From an uncultured Candidatus Saccharibacteria bacterium (GTDB lineage Bacteria > Patescibacteriota > Minisyncoccia > Phycocordibacterales > UBA9973), in contig CAZDGL010000002.1 of the NCBI GenBank assembly GCA_964505155.1, positions 26,064-90,063 of the forward strand: DNA of 64,000 nucleotides, written 5' to 3'. This document shows positions 51,111 to 59,335 of this stretch, piece after piece (position 1 is the first letter of the stretch; each line of letters opens with the position of its first letter). A program made the position numbers and the translations under genes. A model generated the notes under the pieces. That model saw only the letters and a list, made by a program, of their open reading frames with translations. It did not search any database and was not told the origin of the DNA.

Positions 51111-51461
51111 ATGAAAAGTTTTTTTGTTTTTCTCGCAACAGCTTTGTTGTCAATTTCTTTATTTATGACAAGCTGCCAACCAAAACCTGATCTACAGTAT
51201 AAAGTGGAAGAAGATTCTACAGGAGCAATAAGTAATATTCTTGCCTGGGAAATAAACCACGAAACTAATTACGATGTTGGTAACAAAGTATATTACTGTA
51301 TAGGAGGCATAGATGCTTCTGTTAGGATCTATGAATCCCACGATATCAGGATCGACACCATTAATGGTAAGCCGACCAAGGTCGTCTATACCGGGATTGA
51401 TGGGTGGCAACCTGTTCACTATGGGGAAATTGTTTCCAAAACAAACCTGAAAAAGGATTAA
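51111..51461 (+). CDS. Putative lipoprotein cargo between tRNA-Gly repeats
   Basis: MKSFFVFLATALLSISLFMTSC lipobox-like; TTGACA-17-TACTAT; hairpin ~51482-51504. Confidence 0.75.
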   Translation: MKSFFVFLATALLSISLFMTSCQPKPDLQYKVEEDSTGAISNILAWEINHETNYDVGNKVYYCIGGIDASVRIYESHDIRIDTINGKPTKVVYTGIDGWQPVHYGEIVSKTNLKKD

Positions 51462-51634
51462 GTTAAAGAACTATCAGTTAGAAAGCGGAGTTACTCCGCT
51501 TTTTTATTTTGAGCCTAGTCTCGAAGGTTGTCTGGCTCTAAAAATTAAAACTCAAATAGACATTCGGATTGATAAAAATCTAGACAATGTTTTTCAATTC
51601 CATAAAGACAGAATTTTTTCGTATTAAGCAAATT

Positions 51635-51654
51635 TGTGCGGGATAAGGGAGTCG
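51635..51654 (-). repeat. Direct repeat of tRNA-Gly(TCC) 3' end (att-like), proximal copy
   Basis: tgtgcgggataagggagtcg identical to 51777-51796. Confidence 0.9.
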
Positions 51655-51778
51655 GTCACGAGTATTTTTCTGCTGAAAAATCTCGCTACCCTGCCTCGCG
51701 CCAGTCGCGCTCCGGCTTTCTCCTCCCTGCCTTCACAAACAAAAACACCCAGAGAAAATCTGAGTGTTTTTGTTTGTG

Positions 51779-51849
51779 TGCGGGATAAGGGAGTCGAACC
51801 CTTCACCACAGTTTGGAAAACTGTTATTTTACCGATAAACTAATCCCGC
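51779..51849 (-). tRNA. tRNA-Gly(TCC)
   Basis: GCGGGAT/ATCCCGC acceptor, ACAGT-TTTCCAA-ACTGT anticodon arm, GGTTCGACTCC T arm; no encoded CCA. Confidence 0.95.
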
Positions 51850-51894
51850 AATATTTATATTATAACAAGCATCTTTAGGCTCTTCAAAACTGAG

Positions 51895-51965
51895 TCGGGG
51901 TGCCGGGAATCGAACCCGGCCCTCATGTTCCCAAAACATGTATACTACCGATATACTACACCCCG
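51895..51965 (-). tRNA. tRNA-Pro(TGG)
   Basis: CGGGGTG/CACCCCG acceptor, CATGT-TTTGGGA-ACATG anticodon arm, GGTTCGATTCC T arm. Confidence 0.95.
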
Positions 51966-52059
51966 ACTCAGTTTTTAAGATTCAAAGATCGCACACTCCC
52001 CAAAAGTGTCTATAACAAAGGACACTATACTATAACTTTACCTTTTTTGCTATAGAAAA

Positions 52060-52428
52060 CTAATTTATATCTATCAGCTCTACCTTAGAAGGGCTTTGGG
52101 GGTCTATCTTTTCAAGGATGACCACTATCCCCTGCGCATTATAGTCCTTGATTCCTTTAAGTAGGCAATAATGCTCCACAGAGATCAAAAATTTACGAAG
52201 CTTTTCTTTAGTCAGGTTTTCAGCTGGATTAAGCCATCCACCCTTGCGACCAGTTTTGACCTCAAAGAAATAGTGCGTACCATGACTTTTGGCTACTATA
52301 TCTATCTCGCCAAACTTGTTGGCTATGTTGCGCTCCAAAACGGTAAAACCGTGTTTCATCAGAAATTCACAGGCTTTTTCTTCACCTATTTCCCCTATTT
52401 TTTGTGTTTTTGAGGTAAACTGTTTCAC
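52060..52428 (-). CDS. yraN: YraN/UPF0102 family endonuclease-like protein
   Basis: GEIGEEKACEFL, ERN, GEIDIV, FEVK; GTG start lies within a parS site. Confidence 0.9.
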   Translation of the reverse strand: MKQFTSKTQKIGEIGEEKACEFLMKHGFTVLERNIANKFGEIDIVAKSHGTHYFFEVKTGRKGGWLNPAENLTKEKLRKFLISVEHYCLLKGIKDYNAQGIVVILEKIDPQSPSKVELIDIN

Positions 52429-52436
52429 GTGAAACT
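52421..52436. other. parS site
   Basis: TGTTTCACGTGAAACT, 15/16 to consensus TGTTTCACGTGAAACA. Confidence 0.85.
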
Positions 52437-52720
52437 TTTATTGCAGTTTCATGTGTAACTGCAATAAAAAATGTTGTTAATGCTAGATATTTTATCAAAA
52501 AGACATAAACATTACCAATTTTATAAGCCACAAAAAGTCGTCGTTTATCCCACTTACACACACACTTATCCACAGTTTTGTCAAAAATCCACTCTTTTAA
52601 GGCTTCAAACACACTAAAAAGGAGTTTTGTCTAAAGGACATTATACAAACACAAAAGTCCCTAACATTAGGGACTTTTGTGTTTGTTATACACCGCTAAG
52701 TCGCGCCTGACTCCACGAAG
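52429..52720. other. Candidate replication origin (oriC)
   Basis: Perfect DnaA box TTATCCACA 52566-52574 plus near-matches, AT-rich stretch, flanking parS cluster, apparent C-rich to G-rich switch on + strand (by eye). Confidence 0.5.
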
Positions 52721-52722
52721 TG

Positions 52723-52793
52723 TGCGGGTACAGGGACTCGAACCCTGGTCTACTCGTTGGCAACGAGTTATTCTACCCCTAAACCATACCCGC
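52723..52793 (-). tRNA. tRNA-Gly(GCC)
   Basis: GCGGGTA/TACCCGC acceptor, ACTCG-TTGCCAA-CGAGT anticodon arm, GGTTCGAGTCC T arm. Confidence 0.95.
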
Positions 52794-53455
52794 TAGTTTT
52801 TAAAACTTTCATTTACCGCCAAAGAAAGCCACTTTAGAAGCTTTTTCTTTTGTGCAGTACTCGATATTATACTGATACAGGTTCCATATTGCAATCTTTT
52901 TATTACTTCTCGGCCCTGTATAACCTGAGGTTCATAAAATAAGCTTTCTTCAACTCCTAGCTCTTGAGACCACTGCTCTATACACTCATTTGGGTTATTA
53001 TCAGGGTATATTATAAGGCTATAACGGAAATTTTCCCTAGAAAGAAGTAGGTATTTACAAATAAAATCAACCGCTATCCTGTGAATATATGGCTCACAGT
53101 TACTAATTCGAATTTGATGAGGTGATTTTCTATCTCCCTCACCAGCATAAAGCATCAATCCTGCCCAAAACAAAGGTTCTTTCTTATAAGTTTCATACTC
53201 TTTTTCAGCCTCTTTTTCTATCAAAGCGTACTGATACTGGAGCTTTAGTTTGCGTACCATATTCATTCGTTCCATCCTCTCTTTGGAGGCTCCAAGGTTT
53301 TTCTTTGAATGCTCCAAAGAAAGATGCCTAGACCAATCCTGATCTTTAAACCAAAGAGAAAGTGTTGCACGTGAAACTCCGGTATCACGCTGTATTTCGC
53401 GATATGTTCTACCTTCTCTGCGTAATTGAAAAATTCTATCTTTGTCCTGTCTCAT
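52793..53455 (-). CDS. HTH + LAGLIDADG-like protein adjacent to tRNA
   Basis: N-terminal HTH LRREGRTYREIQRDTGVSRATLSLW; GLMLYAGEG resembles a LAGLIDADG helix. Confidence 0.7.
   Translation of the reverse strand: MRQDKDRIFQLRREGRTYREIQRDTGVSRATLSLWFKDQDWSRHLSLEHSKKNLGASKERMERMNMVRKLKLQYQYALIEKEAEKEYETYKKEPLFWAGLMLYAGEGDRKSPHQIRISNCEPYIHRIAVDFICKYLLLSRENFRYSLIIYPDNNPNECIEQWSQELGVEESLFYEPQVIQGREVIKRLQYGTCISIISSTAQKKKLLKWLSLAVNESFKN
53363..53378. other. parS-like site (intragenic)
   Basis: TGTTGCACGTGAAACT. Confidence 0.65.
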
Positions 53456-53521
53456 CCTATATAAGTATAATACGTCGGTTTAATTTTACAAATAGCTTAT
53501 AAAATAGTATTATCTAAACAC

Positions 53522-53596
53522 GCACCCGTGGTGAAATGGATATCACAACGGTCTTCGGAACCGTCGTTCCAGGTTCGAATCCTGGCGGGTGCACCA
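53522..53596 (+). tRNA. tRNA-Arg(TCG)
   Basis: GCACCCG/CGGGTGC acceptor, ACGGT-CTTCGGA-ACCGT region with anticodon TCG, GGTTCGAATCC, encoded CCA. Confidence 0.93.
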
Positions 53597-53631
53597 CTAC
53601 GCTAAAGCTTCGCGGTGCGAGCACAAAAATT

Positions 53632-55161
53632 ATGGACAAATCCAAAATCCCTCCATTTGTTTCACATGTAACACAAACCCTGCAAAATGCGGGTTTTGAA
53701 GCATATTTGGTAGGTGGATGTGTAAGAGACTTGCTTATGTCCAAGGAACCCAAAGATTGGGACCTGACAACAAATGCTCACCCAGAGCAAATACAAGAAG
53801 TCTTCAAAGATCTGAAAACTGTGTGTGAAAACAACTTTGGAACTGTAACAGTTTTAAATATGACCCCTGTTTCACATGAAAATGTTACACCCGACGACAC
53901 TGAAGCTGTGCCGGGCAGGCGCCAAACACCAGACCAAGACAACACTGTCCAAGTAACAACCTACCGTTCAGAGGCTGGTTATTCAGACAATAGGCGCCCA
54001 GATAGTGTTTCATATGAAACAAAACTTGAAAAAGATCTAGAAAGGAGAGACTTTACTATGAATGCTATAGCCTACGACCCTATAAAAGACGTTATAAAGG
54101 ACAGTTTTGAGGGTATAAAGGACATAAAGGACAAAATAGTAAGATGTGTCCTTGATCCAGAAATACGCTTCTCAGAAGACGCCCTACGCATCATGAGAGC
54201 TATAAGGTTTTCCACAACCTTGGGTTTTGTTATAGAAAGCGAGACTTTCGATGCTATTTTGAAAAAAGCAGATTCTATTCAAAACATCTCTGCCGAAAGA
54301 ATACGGGATGAATTTATGAAAATCATAGACTCTGATGCTCCAGCAGTAGGTATAGATATGATGCAAAAAGCTGGTATTTTGAAACACATAATCCCAGAAC
54401 TAGAAGAGGGTATAGGTTGTGATCAAAAAGGAGCTCATATATATGATGTTTATCAGCACTTGTTACACGCTCTTCAGCACTCGGCTGACAAGGGCTTTTC
54501 TCGCGCTATCCGTCTTTCAGCCCTTTTTCACGATATAGGTAAACCTGCCACCCGTAGATATGATGCCAAAAAAGACAAATATACCTTTTTTGGGCACGAA
54601 GTAGTTGGTGCTCGCATGACCAAAAAGATACTAGAGAGGCTAAAAGTTCCACGTGAAACAGTAGATATAGTTGTTTCTATGGTTAGAAACCATATGTTTT
54701 TCTCTGATACTGAGCAAATCACGCTCTCAGCCGTCAGAAGAATTATCCAAAAGGTTGGTCCAGAGCATATTTGGGAGCTTATGCAGGTGCGTGAGTCTGA
54801 TAGGGTAGGGATGAAAAAAGCTGAAGCACCATACCGACTACGCAAATACCATGCCATGATAGAAGAAGCGCTCCGAGATCCAATCTCAGTTTCACAGCTG
54901 GCCATCGATGGTGCCTATCTAATCAACGAATTGAAAATGAAACCCGGACCACGAATGGGCTGGATACTCCACGCACTCCTTGAGGAAGTCCTTGAAGATC
55001 CGAGTCTAAACACTATTGAAGCTCTTACAGAGCGAGTAAAAGACCTCGATGAACTTGAAGATAAAGACTTGAAGATATTGGGGGAGAAAGGAAAGGAGAA
55101 AAAGGAAACTCTAGATCAAGAAGAGGTCAAAAAACTCCGAACCAAACATAGCGTAAAGTAG
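53632..55161 (+). CDS. cca: CCA tRNA nucleotidyltransferase with HD domain
   Basis: LVGGCVRD, DWD, RRDFTMNA, EDALR, HDIGKP; ATG at 53632 (ORF-track extension overlaps the tRNA). Confidence 0.93.
   Translation: MDKSKIPPFVSHVTQTLQNAGFEAYLVGGCVRDLLMSKEPKDWDLTTNAHPEQIQEVFKDLKTVCENNFGTVTVLNMTPVSHENVTPDDTEAVPGRRQTPDQDNTVQVTTYRSEAGYSDNRRPDSVSYETKLEKDLERRDFTMNAIAYDPIKDVIKDSFEGIKDIKDKIVRCVLDPEIRFSEDALRIMRAIRFSTTLGFVIESETFDAILKKADSIQNISAERIRDEFMKIIDSDAPAVGIDMMQKAGILKHIIPELEEGIGCDQKGAHIYDVYQHLLHALQHSADKGFSRAIRLSALFHDIGKPATRRYDAKKDKYTFFGHEVVGARMTKKILERLKVPRETVDIVVSMVRNHMFFSDTEQITLSAVRRIIQKVGPEHIWELMQVRESDRVGMKKAEAPYRLRKYHAMIEEALRDPISVSQLAIDGAYLINELKMKPGPRMGWILHALLEEVLEDPSLNTIEALTERVKDLDELEDKDLKILGEKGKEKKETLDQEEVKKLRTKHSVK
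53658..54660. other. Four intragenic parS-like sites in cca
   Basis: 53658 TGTTTCACATGTAACA; 53868 TGTTTCACATGAAAAT; 54006 TGTTTCATATGAAACA; 54645 AGTTCCACGTGAAACA. Confidence 0.75.
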
Positions 55162-55200
55162 GGAGGCCTGCCACGCTGGAAGCGCTAGCTTTCCTGCGGG

Positions 55201-55239
55201 GTGAAACAGCTTCATGCAAAACATAATGTAAAGAAATAA
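55201..55239 (+). pseudogene. Ghost alternative 3' end of cca
   Basis: Reads VKQLHAKHNVKK* vs real VKKLRTKHSVK*; preceded by palindrome 55171-55201. Confidence 0.7.
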
Positions 55240-55289
55240 AAAACTCCGTGAAGATCACGGAGTAAATTAAAAAACTTAGAAAAACTAGC

Positions 55290-56063
55290 CTACAAAACCA
55301 TTTGGGCATGGACCTGCTCGATTTTTTCTTGCCACCAAAGGTCAATAATTGGGGCTTGAGGACCATCAGCTTCAAAGTTAGGAACAAATGCTTCTATCTC
55401 TGATCGCTTTGTTTTTGTAAAAGAAACAAGAAAATTGATTTCTTCTTTTTTTACCTCTTCCTCTGTAGTGTACTTTGGTCTCAACATTACTTGTTGACTT
55501 TCTAAACCAAACCCTTTTGTTTTTGCCATTTCTTCATGTTCTTTTCCAACAAGCACCCCAACGACAACACTTGGAATATTGTATAACACAAAATCATACA
55601 TGAACATTTCAAAAGATTGAGTTTTGATTGCTGTAACAATAAACCCGATAAAGGAAATGACTACTATAGTACATACTACTAGTTTGTACTGCCACCCGTG
55701 CCTTGCTTCATGTTCATATATTTCATTAGCCACATTTGATCCCAGGAAAAATACAGCGATAATACCTGCAAAAAACAATAAGATTGTGTCTACATAATCA
55801 CCGTTATTTGATGAGTCATAGTTTGGCAGGCGCTTTACCTCTTCAGAAACAGAAATCCCTGATGTTTGTTTCTGATAAAGTTCCTCGATCTTTTTATTAA
55901 GCAAATAAAACCTTCGTATAGATATCCATACGAGCAGTGACACCACGAGAAGCACACCGGTAATTTGAAGGGGGTTGAGCTGAAAATAAGATGCTGGACC
56001 AAAGATTAGTAGGAAGCTAAGGAACAGGAAATACATAGCTTTTCTCAAAATAACTTTTTTCAT
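55290..56063 (-). CDS. Multi-TM membrane protein (orphan cassette)
   Basis: About 5 hydrophobic segments; TTGACT-16-TATAGT near 56101-56128. Confidence 0.75.
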   Translation of the reverse strand: MKKVILRKAMYFLFLSFLLIFGPASYFQLNPLQITGVLLVVSLLVWISIRRFYLLNKKIEELYQKQTSGISVSEEVKRLPNYDSSNNGDYVDTILLFFAGIIAVFFLGSNVANEIYEHEARHGWQYKLVVCTIVVISFIGFIVTAIKTQSFEMFMYDFVLYNIPSVVVGVLVGKEHEEMAKTKGFGLESQQVMLRPKYTTEEEVKKEEINFLVSFTKTKRSEIEAFVPNFEADGPQAPIIDLWWQEKIEQVHAQMVL

Positions 56064-56174
56064 CGTTATAGTTTAAGGTTAAAGAAATCGATTTTTTATT
56101 ACTATACTTATTTATATAGAGAAGTCAATCCGTCTCTCACAGGATTTTCATATGAAAATCCCCCGTGGATATAG

Positions 56175-56408
56175 TTACCTACGGGGGAAGATTGATCGGT
56201 GGATTTTTTGTATGTGCAAAAGCCAAATGATAGACAGGCCTGCGAATAAAACTATTAGTATCTGTATATCCAAAACAAGGAGACCTACCAGCTTGAGCTC
56301 TACAGGCATATGGTTACCACGACTGCTGCGAAGAAAACCAAAATCAAGGATAAGCAATCCGACAACGATCCATTTAGCGAGACCCTTTTCAAACTCATTT
56401 TTTTCCAT
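56175..56408 (-). CDS. Small membrane protein
   Basis: 77 aa, two hydrophobic segments; stop lies in a hairpin. Confidence 0.5.
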   Translation of the reverse strand: MEKNEFEKGLAKWIVVGLLILDFGFLRSSRGNHMPVELKLVGLLVLDIQILIVLFAGLSIIWLLHIQKIHRSIFPRR

Positions 56409-56525
56409 ATGGAAGCATTTGTTTGCATCCTAACAAAAAACAAAACAAAAAGCCATCCCCTGAAATACTTCTGAAATCGAAAGGGGATGGCGTAGGCTTT
56501 AAGCGACGTTACCGCTTAAAAGATT

Positions 56526-56774
56526 TTAGGCTCTGGCACCAACGACCAGACGCCTCTGTTTTTTCTTTTCTAAAAAATAGTTTCTTATACCATTGATCGC
56601 AAAATATAAAGCGACCAAAGCAAACACTATTCTAGCAATCCAGCTACATATCACCACATAGTGCAATGTCGCTTCTGCTGGGGCAAAACCTGATAAGATT
56701 TTGGGGGCTAGGGCAGTAATAACTGCGAAAACAAAAAAAACAGTAGTCTCAAGAACATAGTATTTTTTATCCAT
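56526..56774 (-). CDS. Small two-TM membrane protein
   Basis: 82 aa; TAGTAT -10 upstream; hairpins downstream. Confidence 0.65.
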   Translation of the reverse strand: MDKKYYVLETTVFFVFAVITALAPKILSGFAPAEATLHYVVICSWIARIVFALVALYFAINGIRNYFLEKKKQRRLVVGARA

Positions 56775-56807
56775 AACGGATTAGTTTTGTTTTATACTAA
56801 CACATCC

Positions 56808-57581
56808 CTACGATAAATCAAGTTCTATAGAAATAGGACAGTGGTCGCTACCGTAGTAATCCTCAAGTGTCGAGAACTTTTTAACCTTGGTAAATATATC
56901 TGCAGTACAAAAAAAGTAATCTATTCTCCAGCCCACATTGCGCTCTCTGGCACGAGTCTTTTGATCCCAGTACGTATAAACGTCTTTTTCTGTGGGATGC
57001 AAGGTTCGATATATGTCTATCCAACCTTTTTTGACGAGTTTGTCCATCCAAGCTCTTTCGATAGGGAGAAATCCGGTATTTTCGCTATTTTCTTTTGGTC
57101 GAGCTAGGTCTATCTCGTTGTGAGCAGTATTTACGTCCCCACAAAATATAACAGGCTTCTTCTTTTTGAGTTTCTCAATGTAAGAAAGAAACGCATCATA
57201 AAATCGAAGTTTATAGTCCAGTCTCTCTGGTCCACCGCCACCATTAGGGAAGTAGCAAGTAATAAGATAAAAGTCTTCATACTCAGACACTATAGTACGC
57301 CCTTCAGCATCAAACTCTTCTATACCAAATCCTAGTTTGGTAGAGATAGGCTCCTCTTTGCTATAAATAGCGACACCACTATAACCTTTGCGGGTACGAC
57401 AATAAGAGAGTGCTAGGTTGTAACCACGAAAGTTTTGCAGTTCTTCTGGGAGTTGATCTAGTTCGCTCTTTGTCTCCTGTAAACAAACGATATCTGGCTT
57501 ATATTTATCAAAAAGAGGCTCAAAAAAGCCTTGTTTGGCTGTGGCACGCAGGCCGTTGGTATTCCAGCTAATAATTTTCAT
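56808..57581 (-). CDS. xth: Exodeoxyribonuclease III
   Basis: SWNTNGLR, CLQETK, GYSGVA, GDVNTAH, WRIDY, SDHCP. Confidence 0.97.
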   Translation of the reverse strand: MKIISWNTNGLRATAKQGFFEPLFDKYKPDIVCLQETKSELDQLPEELQNFRGYNLALSYCRTRKGYSGVAIYSKEEPISTKLGFGIEEFDAEGRTIVSEYEDFYLITCYFPNGGGGPERLDYKLRFYDAFLSYIEKLKKKKPVIFCGDVNTAHNEIDLARPKENSENTGFLPIERAWMDKLVKKGWIDIYRTLHPTEKDVYTYWDQKTRARERNVGWRIDYFFCTADIFTKVKKFSTLEDYYGSDHCPISIELDLS

Positions 57582-57625
57582 ACAAAGATTATAGCAACCC
57601 TGCTTCGCCAAGGCTATGCAGGGCA

Positions 57626-57886
57626 AAAAAAAGCCATCCAGGAAGGATGACTTTATGAGGTTTGTCCCGAAGGACTATAGAGAGTTGTTTTTGCTTGTTT
57701 TTATTTGAGAGCAAATTGTGGAAAGAACATCTTAAAAGTACAGAGTTCGTTTTTTGTTTTATCTAACTACCGAAGCAGTGAGAGTGTGCCTTGATGGCAG
57801 ATACAATCCGAAGATTGTTTTAAAAAAATATTTATTTGTATATCGCCGTGTACCTGACGAGAAATACACATTGATAAAAGATCATC
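57626..57886 (-). ncRNA. Candidate structured non-coding RNA
   Basis: TATAAT at 57894-57899, three C(UUCG)G hairpins, 3' terminator-like hairpin + U-run, no convincing ORF. Confidence 0.55.
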
Positions 57887-58009
57887 TGTGTTTATTATAC
57901 ATCAATAAAAATTTTGCAACAATAGTGGATAACTCCTTTATTCAAAAAACAAAAAAGCCCTGGTCTTACGACTCAGGGCTCTCACTAATCACTCTTCACA
58001 AAATCAAAA

Positions 58010-58681
58010 TTACGACTGGTTGTCTTTTGTTTCTGCAGGAGATTTTTTATCCTCTTTTTTCACAGGAGGAACAATTCTGAAACCACCATCAGGATAAACT
58101 ATAACAGTAGAACCTGATGCTTCTGCTCTCGCATAAACATCTTTCAGGTCTACGGCAGGTGCAACTGGTGCGCGATACCCCGGAGTAGCAGGTGGCGTTG
58201 GTGGAACATGCACTGTTACTGAAGGCGCTGTTTGCGACCTTGTAGCAAGATACACCAACAAAACAATCAAGCCCAGCAGAAGGAGAGCTGCTAACCAGGA
58301 CCAATCATCATTGTAGCAATGATGATTTACCGGTACAGGAGGTATCTTTTTAATACTGATGTGCCGATTAAAACTTCCATTTACCTCTTTCAAATTTGAA
58401 ACGGCTGGAGGAAAAAACCTTTCAGGAATATTCGCTACAACAGGAAGGGTTATGGCATCACTGTAATCCTCAATAACAATTGAGTCATTGAAGCTCTTGG
58501 TGATGAGCCCTTTCCCGTCTGTTTCCACATATCTCCACGGACGCGGAGAGGGGAAGGTTTTTTTAACCGGCTTCTGTGTTTCCGCTTTCGGACAGGAGCA
58601 GGTATCTTTGAGATTCTGGCCTGATGAACTCAAGGAAAACATAATGGTGCTGACAATAGCCAGCATAATAATTTTCTTCAT
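58010..58681 (-). CDS. Secreted/membrane Pro-rich protein (orphan cassette)
   Basis: Signal peptide, one TM, Pro-rich; TTGACA-17-TATTAT near 58762-58789. Confidence 0.75.
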   Translation of the reverse strand: MKKIIMLAIVSTIMFSLSSSGQNLKDTCSCPKAETQKPVKKTFPSPRPWRYVETDGKGLITKSFNDSIVIEDYSDAITLPVVANIPERFFPPAVSNLKEVNGSFNRHISIKKIPPVPVNHHCYNDDWSWLAALLLLGLIVLLVYLATRSQTAPSVTVHVPPTPPATPGYRAPVAPAVDLKDVYARAEASGSTVIVYPDGGFRIVPPVKKEDKKSPAETKDNQS

Positions 58682-58836
58682 TGTAACTGATTTTGTGTGT
58701 TTTAAAGATCAATCCTCTTATATTTAGGCGGGACTGTTTTGCCTTTGTTTATTTATATATATAATAGCATATTTAAAGTATTTTGTCAAGCAAAACCCCT
58801 CCATAATAAGGAGGGGTGAAGTTAGGAACTAAACAA

Positions 58837-59163
58837 TCAAGCTGCAGAAGCTGTTACCAACTGAAGGAAAGTGCATTCTTCAGAGTCCGAAAATTCTTTA
58901 ACGTAGATTATAGAACCACCGTCTTTGTGAATGTAGCGTCTTTTCAGATTGCCACTCAAATTAAACTCAGCATGAACATGTTGCCTTGAAATTTCCAATT
59001 TATCAATGCATTCATGTATCTGTCGAACCAATTCTTCAATTGATTCTCCACGGCACGGGGTAAAATCTTCTCTTTTTTCATAGCTTTTAGCAAACCTTGC
59101 AAAGTATGTCCATGGACCATTTATGGTTGATCCGACCTTATAAATTGAATATAAGAAGTACAT
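58837..59163 (-). CDS. Hypothetical protein (orphan cassette)
   Basis: 108 aa; TTGACT...TATAAT at 59182-59209; hairpin ~58794-58817. Confidence 0.7.
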   Translation of the reverse strand: MYFLYSIYKVGSTINGPWTYFARFAKSYEKREDFTPCRGESIEELVRQIHECIDKLEISRQHVHAEFNLSGNLKRRYIHKDGGSIIYVKEFSDSEECTFLQLVTASAA

Positions 59164-59210
59164 AATAAATAGTTTTCTATAATTATACAGAAATATAGAA
59201 AAAAGTCAAG

Positions 59211-59276
59211 TTATCTTTTGCTATGGTATTTCTGGTGTATTTCGCGGAGTTTGGCATCAGTCACGTGGGTATAAAC
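59211..59276 (-). pseudogene. Ghost alternative 3' end of the Xer recombinase
   Basis: Reads VYTHVTDAKLREIHQKYHSKR* vs real IYTHVTDSQLREVHKRYHSKR* (15/21 aa). Confidence 0.9.
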
Positions 59277-59323
59277 CCCGCTGTAAAATCTATTGCCGAG
59301 TGCGCAATAAATTTACTACGGGG
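59276..59323. repeat. 48-bp imperfect palindromic element
   Basis: ccccg-ctgtaaaat-ctattgc...gcaataa-atttac-ta-cgggg. Confidence 0.75.
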
Positions 59324-59335
59324 CGAGATGTGGCT

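Noticed and set aside
53536-53631. ORF-track N-terminal extension of cca
   Set aside because: Overlaps tRNA-Arg; ATG at 53632 matches the family start.
57754-58080. 108-aa + strand ORF over the ncRNA candidate
   Set aside because: TTG start, crosses a terminator and the end of an opposite gene; structure signals are on the - strand.
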